A DNA stretch of 32,000 nt, from positions 1,380,001 to 1,412,000 of the forward strand of contig NZ_CP026606.1 in the NCBI RefSeq assembly GCF_002945325.1, read 5' to 3'. Of this stretch, positions 1 through 7,246 are shown one piece after another. The position numbers and the translations under genes are program-made. The stretch is from Methanococcus maripaludis. GTDB lineage: Archaea > AGJL01 > Methanococci > Methanococcales > Methanococcaceae. Positions within the stretch are counted from its first letter, which is position 1. The number at the start of each line of letters is the position of its first letter. Under the pieces are notes generated by a model. That model ran no database searches, had not been told where the DNA came from, and was given only the letters and a program-made list of their open reading frames with translations.

Positions 1-96
1 ATCTTTCCAGATTGGTGCGCTGTTTTTGAATGATTCTTCTTTTAACTTCTGAATCAATTCAGGAGTTTTTGGGTTTGTTGACATGATTTTTTTCAT
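1..96 (-). CDS. rpl18e: 50S ribosomal protein L18e (eL18), 5' end only; the gene continues past the window start
   Basis: Reverse-strand reading from ATG at 96 (an in-frame ATG also lies at 84) gives MKKIMSTNPKTPELIQKLKEESFKNSAPIWKD, open to position 1. This resembles the archaeal L18e N-terminus (TNP..L..LI..LK....W.D). AGGGTGA lies 4 nt upstream of ATG-96. A position downstream of rpoD fits the conserved archaeal S13-S4-S11-RpoD-L18e order. It is absent from the ORF track because it is truncated. Confidence 0.7.
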   Translation of the reverse strand, partial: MKKIMSTNPKTPELIQKLKEESFKNSAPIWKD

Positions 97-152
97 AAAT
101 TCACCCTTATGATATTGATTCATAATTTCCAATAATTTGGAAGAAAGAGTAA

Positions 153-740
153 TTAATTTTCGTCACTTAATTCTTGGCCTTCTAATTCTAATAAGAATTT
201 TTCAGCTTTATTTTTTAAAATTTCAAGTGAAGATCTTATAATGTCTTCAGCATCCATGTTTCCGAATGACTCAATTTTAAATTCCACTTCGTCATTTGAT
301 ATTTGTTTGTAACTTGCATTGCAGGGTTGCCATTTTGCATGAATTTTTCCTGTGCCAACAAGAGCTTCGGTTTCTAACTCAAGTTTTTGGTCTTCTGCTA
401 ATTTTACTATAGGAATATTTTCAAAAGCAGGCTCACCGGATTCTGATTTTAAATCTGATGAATATACTGTACAAGGTCCTTCTTTGGATATTGTAAGTAC
501 TATAACTTCATCACCGCTTACCGGAACTCCTTTTATTGGAATTAATCCAAGTCTGTGAGCTAGAACTTCATCGTACATTGAAGATGTGTTTTCATAAAAG
601 TATACATTTTCAATAGCATATGTAGGAACTTCTGAAATCATTATTCTTCTCAATGCACTGGAAAAAGATAAAGGGGCTTTTAATTCCATTTTCATGATTT
701 CCCCTATTCTCTTTTCCTCTTTTTGGATATTTTTTATCAA
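153..740 (-). CDS. rpoD: DNA-directed RNA polymerase subunit D (Rpo3)
   Basis: ORF 153..752. The product carries RpoD core motifs (SFSSALRRIMISEVPTYAIENV, AHRLGLIPI). The likely start is TTG at 740, preceded by GGTGAT plus TTTT and lying directly after the rps11 stop at 753-755. Position 752 is only the upstream ORF limit, so the start is uncertain by about 12 nt. Confidence 0.85.
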   Translation of the reverse strand: MIKNIQKEEKRIGEIMKMELKAPLSFSSALRRIMISEVPTYAIENVYFYENTSSMYDEVLAHRLGLIPIKGVPVSGDEVIVLTISKEGPCTVYSSDLKSESGEPAFENIPIVKLAEDQKLELETEALVGTGKIHAKWQPCNASYKQISNDEVEFKIESFGNMDAEDIIRSSLEILKNKAEKFLLELEGQELSDEN

Positions 741-752
741 AAAAATCACCAA

Positions 753-1127
753 TTATCTGTTCTTTCTTTTTGGTGTAGTACCATCGTGTGGAATTGGTGT
801 AGCATCTTCAATTCTTCCGATTCTGATTCCTGCTCTTGATAATGCTCTGATAGCAGCTTGTGCACCAGGTCCTGGGTTTTTGGATTTCTGGCCGCCTGTA
901 GCTCTGACCTTTACGTGTACCTGATCAATTCCTTTATCTCTCATCAAGTCTGCTATTTTGAATGCAGCTTGCATTGCAGCGTATGGAGATGATTCATCTC
1001 TCTGGTTTCTTACAATCATACCGCCTGAAACTTTAGCGATTGTTTCTGCTCCAGTTAAATCAGTAACGTGGAGAATTGTATTGTTGTATGATGCATAAAT
1101 GTGTACTAATCCCCATTTTTGACTCAT
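753..1127 (-). CDS. rps11: 30S ribosomal protein S11 (uS11)
   Basis: 124-aa product with the typical uS11 sequence ([18 protein letters not shown]...[11 protein letters not shown]). AGGTGAT SD lies 3 nt before the ATG. Conserved cluster context. Confidence 0.95.
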   Translation of the reverse strand: MSQKWGLVHIYASYNNTILHVTDLTGAETIAKVSGGMIVRNQRDESSPYAAMQAAFKIADLMRDKGIDQVHVKVRATGGQKSKNPGPGAQAAIRALSRAGIRIGRIEDATPIPHDGTTPKRKNR

Positions 1128-1136
1128 GTAATCACC

Positions 1137-1673
1137 TTATTGATTTTCTTCGCTTGTTGCGGCAGTTCTTTCTGGGTGGTTTTCTGAAGCCATTGGTGAG
1201 TTGGACACGTATTCTATCGCATCATTTTCAGCTACTGAAATCAAGTATGCTGGAGCTGTAACTCTTTTGCCGTTTACTGCAATGTGGCCGTGAACAATGA
1301 ACTGTCTAGCTTGTTTTGGTGTTTTAGCGAGACCTTTTCTGAATACAATGGTCTGCAATCTTCTTTCTAAGATACTTTCAATGTTTAATGAAAGAACGTG
1401 ATCGAGTGTTGGTTCTTCTTCAATTAAAATTGCGTATCTTTTTAAGACATTGAATAATTGAACAGCTTCTTTTCCACCTTGTGTGGTAGTGTCGCTGATT
1501 AATTTTCTTGCTTGTCTTCTGTAGTTCCTTAATTGGGTTTCCATTTTCCAGAGTTCTTTTTTGTTAACTAACCCATATTTTTGGCTAATTTCTTTTTCTT
1601 TCTGGATCCTTTCCCCAATCCATGGATGGTTAGGTGTGTCGTATTTTTTACCCAATCTTCTTGGATCTCCCAT
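1137..1673 (-). CDS. rps4: 30S ribosomal protein S4 (uS4)
   Basis: 178-aa product (MGDPRRLGKKYDTPNHPW...) with an S4 RNA-binding domain (FIVHGHIAVNGKRV). GGTGA SD upstream. Lies between S13 and S11. Confidence 0.95.
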   Translation of the reverse strand: MGDPRRLGKKYDTPNHPWIGERIQKEKEISQKYGLVNKKELWKMETQLRNYRRQARKLISDTTTQGGKEAVQLFNVLKRYAILIEEEPTLDHVLSLNIESILERRLQTIVFRKGLAKTPKQARQFIVHGHIAVNGKRVTAPAYLISVAENDAIEYVSNSPMASENHPERTAATSEENQ

Positions 1674-1696
1674 TTTTTCACCTTTTTATCATTTTA

Positions 1697-2146
1697 TTAT
1701 TTTTTCCTCTTAACTCCCATTGAAGTTCCTTTTCTGAATGAACCTCTGGTTCTCTGTCCCCTACATGGTAATCTTAATTCGTGTCTGATACCTCTATAGC
1801 ATCTGATCTTTTTCATGTTGGTGATATCTTCTTGTACTGTGAGTACGAGGTCTGTTTCGATTAGGTGTTTATCGAGTCCTGAGTAAACATCTTTTTTCCT
1901 GTTAAACATCCATGAAGGAATTCCATGTGTTGCAGGGTCTTCTAATACTGATTCTATTTTTAAAACGTCTTCGTCAGCTAAGTAACCAGCTTGTTGTTTA
2001 GGGTCTAATTCAGTAACTCTAATTACTGCTCTAGCCATCGCTCTACCGATACCTTTCATGTCCTGTAGTGCGTATTCAAGTGGATTTTTACCTTCAAGGT
2101 CTGTTTTTGATATTCTAATTCTGTGTTTGAATTCTGTCTGAGTCAC
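1697..2146 (-). CDS. rps13: 30S ribosomal protein S13 (uS13)
   Basis: 149-aa product with uS13 features (GIGRAMARAV, CYRGIRHELRLPCRGQRTR). The start codon is GTG (2146-2144), preceded by GGAGGTG plus 5 nt. Confidence 0.95.
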   Translation of the reverse strand: MTQTEFKHRIRISKTDLEGKNPLEYALQDMKGIGRAMARAVIRVTELDPKQQAGYLADEDVLKIESVLEDPATHGIPSWMFNRKKDVYSGLDKHLIETDLVLTVQEDITNMKKIRCYRGIRHELRLPCRGQRTRGSFRKGTSMGVKRKK

Positions 2147-2204
2147 TCTTGCACCTCCAGAGATCTTCGTGTTTGACTGATAATTATAGTAATAAAAAAA
2201 TAAA

Positions 2205-2292
2205 TGGCGCAGAGAGGGGGATTTGAACCCCCGGGAGGCAAAGCCTCATACGGTTTCCAGCCGTACGCCTTCCCAGGCTAGACTATCTCTGC
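2205..2292 (-). tRNA. tRNA-Ser (anticodon GGA) with genomically encoded CCA
   Basis: The manually folded reverse complement is GCAGAGA-TA-GTCT(AGCCTGGGA)AGGC-G-TACGG(CTGGAAA)CCGTA-[long variable arm GAGGC TTT GCCTC]-GGGGG(TTCAAAT)CCCCC-TCTCTGC-G-CCA. The acceptor stem has 7 bp, the anticodon loop is CU-GGA-AA, and the long extra arm is typical of Ser. Confidence 0.93.
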
Positions 2293-2637
2293 ACACAGTA
2301 CTCGTGCCAATAGACATAAATTTGGGCTATTACACTTTTTTATTTTATTATCTTATTAACCGTGTTTTATTTTATGGTCTCGTGTTTTCTATCACACTAT
2401 ACCTTATGAAATTTCATTTATATAGATTTCGATTTAATCTATGATCTGCCAATTTGGCGTCGTGTTTCTACCTTAATGACTCTCTACTTAACAACACATT
2501 TATTGTATATATTCCTTTGCATGGCTTAACCATATATTTTTAAGCTGTAACATTTATAATGTAATGATGCAGTTAAGAATAATGAATAATTAATACCCTG
2601 GAATGAAAAAAGAAAAAAAGAAAAATAAATCAATAGG

Positions 2638-2645
2638 TTTATATA
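2638..2645 (+). promoter_or_regulatory. TATA-box candidate (TTTATATA) for the tRNA-Cys gene
   Basis: A TTTATATA consensus-like archaeal TATA box lies about 45 nt upstream of the mature tRNA 5' end, implying a short leader. The region is AT-rich, so this may be a false positive. Confidence 0.35.
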
Positions 2646-2689
2646 GTTGAACCATAATTCTTATTCATGCGTCTAATCGTAGGAAATGT

Positions 2690-2763
2690 GCCAAGGTAGT
2701 CTAGTCCGGCGAGGCAGCGGACTGCAGATCCGCTTCAGAGGGGTTCAAATCCCTTCCTTGGCT
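2690..2763 (+). tRNA. tRNA-Cys (anticodon GCA), no encoded CCA
   Basis: Manual fold: GCCAAGG-TA-GTCT(AGTCCGGCG)AGGC-A-GCGGA(CTGCAGA)TCCGC-TTCAG-AGGGG(TTCAAAT)CCCTT-CCTTGGC-T. Discriminator U73 is the known tRNA-Cys identity element. The gene is followed immediately by a T-run (2764-2774) that could act as a terminator. Confidence 0.93.
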
Positions 2764-2965
2764 TTTTTTATTTTGGGAATATTAATTTGTAAATTTTGAT
2801 TAACGGATATAAATCTATTTTCAAAAATTTTTTTAACTTTTTCAACACATAATTATATAAAATGTTTTAGCCATAACCTAAAAAATTATGAATCTCGATT
2901 TAATTCAATATTTTTGTTTTTTTAATTGTTTAATTTAAATAATGGAAATCTCCGGAGGAAACACA

Positions 2966-4567
2966 ATGCACTGGGCTGATGCAACATCGGAAAAAATCAT
3001 GAAAAAAAGAAATGCAGAGGAATACGTGGTATCAAGTGGAATTACTCCATCTGGTCACATTCACATTGGGAATGCAAGGGAAACATTAACTGCAGATGCA
3101 GTTTACAAGGGCATGCTAAAAAAAGGTGCAGAAGCTAAATTAATTTTTATTGCGGACGATTATGATCCTTTAAGAAAATTATATCCATTTTTACCAAAAG
3201 AATTTGAAAAATACATAGGAATGCCGTTAAGTGAAATTCCATGCCCACAAGGTTGCTGTAAAAGCTATGCAGATCATTTTTTAATGCCGTTTTTAAACAG
3301 TCTTGAAGATTTAGGCGTTGAAATTACTACCCATAGGGCAAATGAATGCTATAAAGCTGGAATGTACAACGAAGCAATTATAACTGCACTTGAAAACCGG
3401 TTAAAAATCAAAGAACTTCTCGATTCTTACCGAAAAGAACCACTTGCTGATGATTGGTATCCTTTAAACGTTGTATGTGAAAAATGCGGTAAAATGCACG
3501 AAACAAAAGTTACCAGTTACAATTCTGAAGACAAAACAATAACTTACGTTTGTAAATGCGGATTTGAAAACACGGTTCAACCATTTAACGGCATTGGAAA
3601 GCTTCCGTGGAGAGTTGACTGGCCTGCAAGATGGAATATATTTGGAGTTACTGCTGAACCGATGGGAAAAGACCACGCAGCGTCAGGCGGTTCATACGAT
3701 ACAGGAATTAAGATTGCAAGACAGATTTTCAACTACCAAGCACCAGAAAAAATGGTTTACGAGTGGATTCAGTTAAAAATCGGGGATAAGGCAATGCCAA
3801 TGTCTTCTTCATCAGGAGTTGTATTTGCAGTAAAAGACTGGACTGAAATCTGCCACCCTGAAGTTTTAAGATTTTTAATTTTAAAAGGAAAACCAACAAA
3901 ACACATAGATTTTGATTTAAAAGCAATTTCAAATTTAGTTGACGATTACGACGAACTTGAAAGAAAATACTTTGAATTAATCGAAAAACAAAAAACTGAA
4001 GAATTAAACGACAACGAAAATGAAAAAATAAGTTTATATGAACTTGTTACACCAAAAATACCTGAAAGATTACCATTACAAGTTGCATACAGGTTCTGTT
4101 CAATTATTGCTCAGATTGCACTCGATAAAGAAACCCAAAAAATTGATATGGAAAGAGTTTTCGACATTTTGGGAAGAAATGGATACAATCCAGCAGAATT
4201 TTCAGAATACGACAAATCAAGGCTTGAAAAAAGGCTTTATATGTCTAAAAAATGGGCATCCGACTACGGTGAAAATTTAGAAATAAATGATTTTGAGCAA
4301 GCAAAAGAGCAGTACGAAACACTCTCAGAAGAGCAAAAAGCATGGTTAAAAGCATTTTCCAAAGAAGTAGAAAATATCGAAATTGATGCGAACACGATTC
4401 ACGAATTGATGTATGAAACTGCAACAAAATTAAATCTTGCACCAAAAGAAGCGTTTGTTGCATCATACAAAATACTTCTCGGTAAAAACTACGGGCCAAA
4501 GTTAGGAAGCTTTTTAGCATCCCTTAAAAAAGAGTTCGTAATTGGAAGATTTAATTTAACAGAATAA
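2966..4567 (+). CDS. lysK: Lysyl-tRNA synthetase, class I
   Basis: The product carries the class I LysRS signatures [14 protein letters not shown] (HIGH-type) and MPMSSSSG (KMSKS-type). The ORF track starts at 2942, but ATG at 2966 is preceded by GGAGG (2954-2958) plus 7 nt and yields the typical MHWAD N-terminus. Confidence 0.93.
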   Translation: MHWADATSEKIMKKRNAEEYVVSSGITPSGHIHIGNARETLTADAVYKGMLKKGAEAKLIFIADDYDPLRKLYPFLPKEFEKYIGMPLSEIPCPQGCCKSYADHFLMPFLNSLEDLGVEITTHRANECYKAGMYNEAIITALENRLKIKELLDSYRKEPLADDWYPLNVVCEKCGKMHETKVTSYNSEDKTITYVCKCGFENTVQPFNGIGKLPWRVDWPARWNIFGVTAEPMGKDHAASGGSYDTGIKIARQIFNYQAPEKMVYEWIQLKIGDKAMPMSSSSGVVFAVKDWTEICHPEVLRFLILKGKPTKHIDFDLKAISNLVDDYDELERKYFELIEKQKTEELNDNENEKISLYELVTPKIPERLPLQVAYRFCSIIAQIALDKETQKIDMERVFDILGRNGYNPAEFSEYDKSRLEKRLYMSKKWASDYGENLEINDFEQAKEQYETLSEEQKAWLKAFSKEVENIEIDANTIHELMYETATKLNLAPKEAFVASYKILLGKNYGPKLGSFLASLKKEFVIGRFNLTE

Positions 4568-4582
4568 TATTCATAAAAACCC

Positions 4583-4597
4583 TTTTTTTTATTTTTT
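4583..4597 (+). terminator. Oligo-T tract (T8, A, T6) downstream of lysK
   Basis: CCTTTTTTTTATTTTTT lies 16 nt after the lysK stop. Archaeal RNA polymerase terminates at oligo-T runs. Confidence 0.45.
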
Positions 4598-4712
4598 AAG
4601 TACTTACAGCGATTTTATCAATCTAAAAAACAGATTTATATTATTCAAATTTTATAAAGTTATAAAAATAGTAAGATAATATATAAGTCCTAACGAGTTT
4701 GAAGAGGATACT

Positions 4713-5489
4713 ATGATTGAAACTATATCATACCAAGAATTAAAGGGAAATGACAAACAGATAGTCGATGAAAAGTTTGAGAATTTAATTGCAGAATTAA
4801 AAGAAACTTACAGCGCAGAAATTTTATCAAACGAGTCAGACGACGAAGGGGAACTTTATACTAAAATTGCGGAACTCAAAATAAAATTTGAAACAATTTT
4901 GGATTACATTAAATACTGTTTAAGATATGGTGCAGATTTGGATGTAGTATCTCCTACAAAATTGAAAATTTCTGGAAATGAAATGGGAAACACTATTCTT
5001 TACATTATCGACTTTTTTAAAAAATTTGCTAAAAAATACGGTGTCGCGTTCAACGTCTATGTAAAAAATGAAATTGATGCAGACATAAACGCTCTAAAAG
5101 AAGGCATCTATGACGAAGATGATATCTATTTGATGGAAAGTGAAGAAGGCCTTTTAAAAATAAAAACGGTATTTGAAGGCGATGGCAAATCCGAAGAAAT
5201 AATCATTAAAAAAATACTTTCATCATTAAATCCCGACATTGTTGTAAACAAAGTAATTACAAAGTCAATGGATGAATCAAAAGGAATTTTTTCAGGACTT
5301 GTTGCAATAGAAATGTTTTGTAAACCTTTTGACATTGTAGAAGTTGCGTACAAATTTTTGCCTGTTGCAATTTCCTTTGAGAATGCAGACATTGAGCTAG
5401 ATATTTCAGAATTACAGGATATTGGAAATGACCTTGGTGGAGCAGTATTTGAGCTTACACATGCTGCCGCAAATATGAATAAAAAATAA
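4713..5489 (+). CDS. Acidic hypothetical protein (258 aa), function unknown
   Basis: Long ORF with GAGGA SD 5 nt upstream of the ATG and normal codon usage. I recognise no catalytic or binding motif. The N-terminus is helical and acidic, followed by alternating beta/alpha-like segments. Confidence 0.7.
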   Translation: MIETISYQELKGNDKQIVDEKFENLIAELKETYSAEILSNESDDEGELYTKIAELKIKFETILDYIKYCLRYGADLDVVSPTKLKISGNEMGNTILYIIDFFKKFAKKYGVAFNVYVKNEIDADINALKEGIYDEDDIYLMESEEGLLKIKTVFEGDGKSEEIIIKKILSSLNPDIVVNKVITKSMDESKGIFSGLVAIEMFCKPFDIVEVAYKFLPVAISFENADIELDISELQDIGNDLGGAVFELTHAAANMNKK

Positions 5490-5588
5490 CGATAAACATT
5501 AAGAATGACTTAAACAAATTATATTTGGATTTTAATTTTTTTATTTATTCGACTTATTAAACATGGTTTAGACATTAGGTGAGACAGA

Positions 5589-6386
5589 ATGCATCCTTCG
5601 CTAAAATACATGAGAAAGGACCGGTTACCACACATATTTTGTTCCGGTTGTGGTAATGGTATTGTTTTAAACTGCTTTACAAATGCTCTTGATAAATTAG
5701 CCCTTAAAAACGAAGATTACATCGCAATTTCAGGTATTGGATGTTCTTCAAGAGTTTCAGGCTATCTCTTTTGTGATTCTCTTCATACAACTCACGGAAG
5801 ACCAATAGCTTTTGCGCTTGGAACCAAAGTAATTCAAAACGATAAAAAAGTTGTCGTATTTACTGGAGATGGTGACCTCTCAGCAATTGGTGGAAATCAC
5901 TTTATTCACGGATGCAGGAGAAACATTGACATAACTGTAATCTGTATAAACAATAATATTTACGGAATGACTGGAGGACAATGTTCACCAACAACTCCGC
6001 ACGAGAAAAAAGCAACAACAGCACCTTACGGAAACCCTGAAAACCCGCTTGATTTATGCGAACTTGCAAAAGCAGCAGGGGCAACTTATGTTGCAAGATG
6101 GACAACTGCAAACCCGATTCAACTTGCAAATTCAATTAAAAAAGGAATGGAAAAGAAAGGATTTTCATTTATTGAAGTAGTTTCACAGTGTCCGACATAC
6201 TACGGAAGATTCAATGTTTCGAGAAAACCTTCTGAAATGATGAAAAATTTAAAAGAGAGTGCTGTAACTCTTAGAAAATCAGAAAACATGGAAACGGAAG
6301 AACTTTTGAACAAAATAGTTGTTGGGGAGTTTTTAAATATTGAAAAACCAGAATATGTCGAACAGCTTAAAAAATTACAGGAATAA
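5589..6386 (+). CDS. korB: 2-oxoacid:ferredoxin oxidoreductase beta subunit (TPP-binding), probably 2-oxoglutarate-specific
   Basis: The product has the N-terminal FCSGCGNG motif and the GDGD...NN TPP-binding motif (VVFTGDGDLSAIGGNHFIHGCRRNIDITVICINNNIYGMTGGQ). AGGTGA SD upstream. Substrate specificity cannot be read from the sequence alone. Confidence 0.85.
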   Translation: MHPSLKYMRKDRLPHIFCSGCGNGIVLNCFTNALDKLALKNEDYIAISGIGCSSRVSGYLFCDSLHTTHGRPIAFALGTKVIQNDKKVVVFTGDGDLSAIGGNHFIHGCRRNIDITVICINNNIYGMTGGQCSPTTPHEKKATTAPYGNPENPLDLCELAKAAGATYVARWTTANPIQLANSIKKGMEKKGFSFIEVVSQCPTYYGRFNVSRKPSEMMKNLKESAVTLRKSENMETEELLNKIVVGEFLNIEKPEYVEQLKKLQE

Positions 6387-6395
6387 TGTGATATC

Positions 6396-6929
6396 ATGAG
6401 AAAAGAGATAAGATTTTCAGGTTTTGGCGGTCAGGGAATAATTTTAGCAGGTGTTATCTTAGGGCGTGCTGCATCCCTTTATGCTGGAAAAGAAGCAGTT
6501 CAAACACAGAGCTACGGTCCTGAGGCAAGAGGGGGGGCCAGTAAATCTGAAGTTGTAATTTCTGAAACTGAAATAGATTTTCCAAAAGTAATTCAGCCAG
6601 ATATCCTCGTTTCAATGTCGCAACCTGCTTTTGATAAATATGGCTATGATTTAAAAGAAAATGCGAGAGTAATTGTTGATAGGGATTTAGTAACTCTTCC
6701 TGAATCTTACGAAGAAAAATACGAAGTATACAAAGTTCCATTTACTGAAATTGCAAACAAGGAAGTTGGACTTGGAATTGTTGCAAATATTGTAATGCTT
6801 GGTGCACTAACGAAATTGGCAGGACTGGTTTCAAAAGAAGAAGTTGAAAAAGCACTTCTTGACAGTATCCCAAAAGGAACCGAAAAAAAGAATTTAATGG
6901 CTTTTGAAAAAGGTTACGTTTACCTTTAA
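6396..6929 (+). CDS. korG: 2-oxoacid:ferredoxin oxidoreductase gamma subunit
   Basis: 177-aa product with the gamma-subunit signature (RFSGFGGQGIILAGVILGRAA...QSYGPEARGGASKSEVVIS). It starts 9 nt after korB. Confidence 0.85.
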   Translation: MRKEIRFSGFGGQGIILAGVILGRAASLYAGKEAVQTQSYGPEARGGASKSEVVISETEIDFPKVIQPDILVSMSQPAFDKYGYDLKENARVIVDRDLVTLPESYEEKYEVYKVPFTEIANKEVGLGIVANIVMLGALTKLAGLVSKEEVEKALLDSIPKGTEKKNLMAFEKGYVYL

Positions 6930-7246
6930 ATTAAAATATTTTATTTAACTTTAAACTTTCATATTACAATGTTTAATTGTTTAAATTTCTAAAATACTAA
7001 TTTTTATGGTTTAAATTTAATATTATTTAGTAAAAATTGAAAATTGTTAATATTTAAGCATGATTATTCGTTAAATGTCAATTATATATTTTTAGAACCT
7101 TTAAAAACAGTTAAAAACCCGAAAAAGCTTTTTTAGCGCAATTATTTTTTAATTAATTATATATAATTAAATCAACATTGTTTTTTAAAGAACTTGATAA
7201 TTTTTTTATGATTTGGATATTTATCAATCTAATTTAAGAGGATACT

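Noticed and set aside
2223-2444. 73-aa plus-strand ORF overlapping tRNA-Ser
   Set aside because: Its 5' third is the antisense of a well-folded tRNA gene, and the rest runs through AT-rich spacer. There is no SD and the sequence is not protein-like.
2441-2610. Possible C/D-box sRNAs (ATGATCTG at about 2441, AATGATGC at about 2563)
   Set aside because: Neither matches the RUGAUGA C box exactly, and no CUGA D box lies at an appropriate distance with terminal complementarity.
6930-7246. 317-nt AT-rich spacer with GTTTAAATTT at 6979 and 7009 and an AAAAAGCTTTTT palindrome near 7131, considered as a replication origin or sRNA locus
   Set aside because: There are no ORB/mini-ORB-like GC-containing repeats and no adjacent orc1/cdc6. 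The repeats are short, AT-only and expected by chance at this composition. It is most simply the korG terminator plus the promoter of the 7247 gene.
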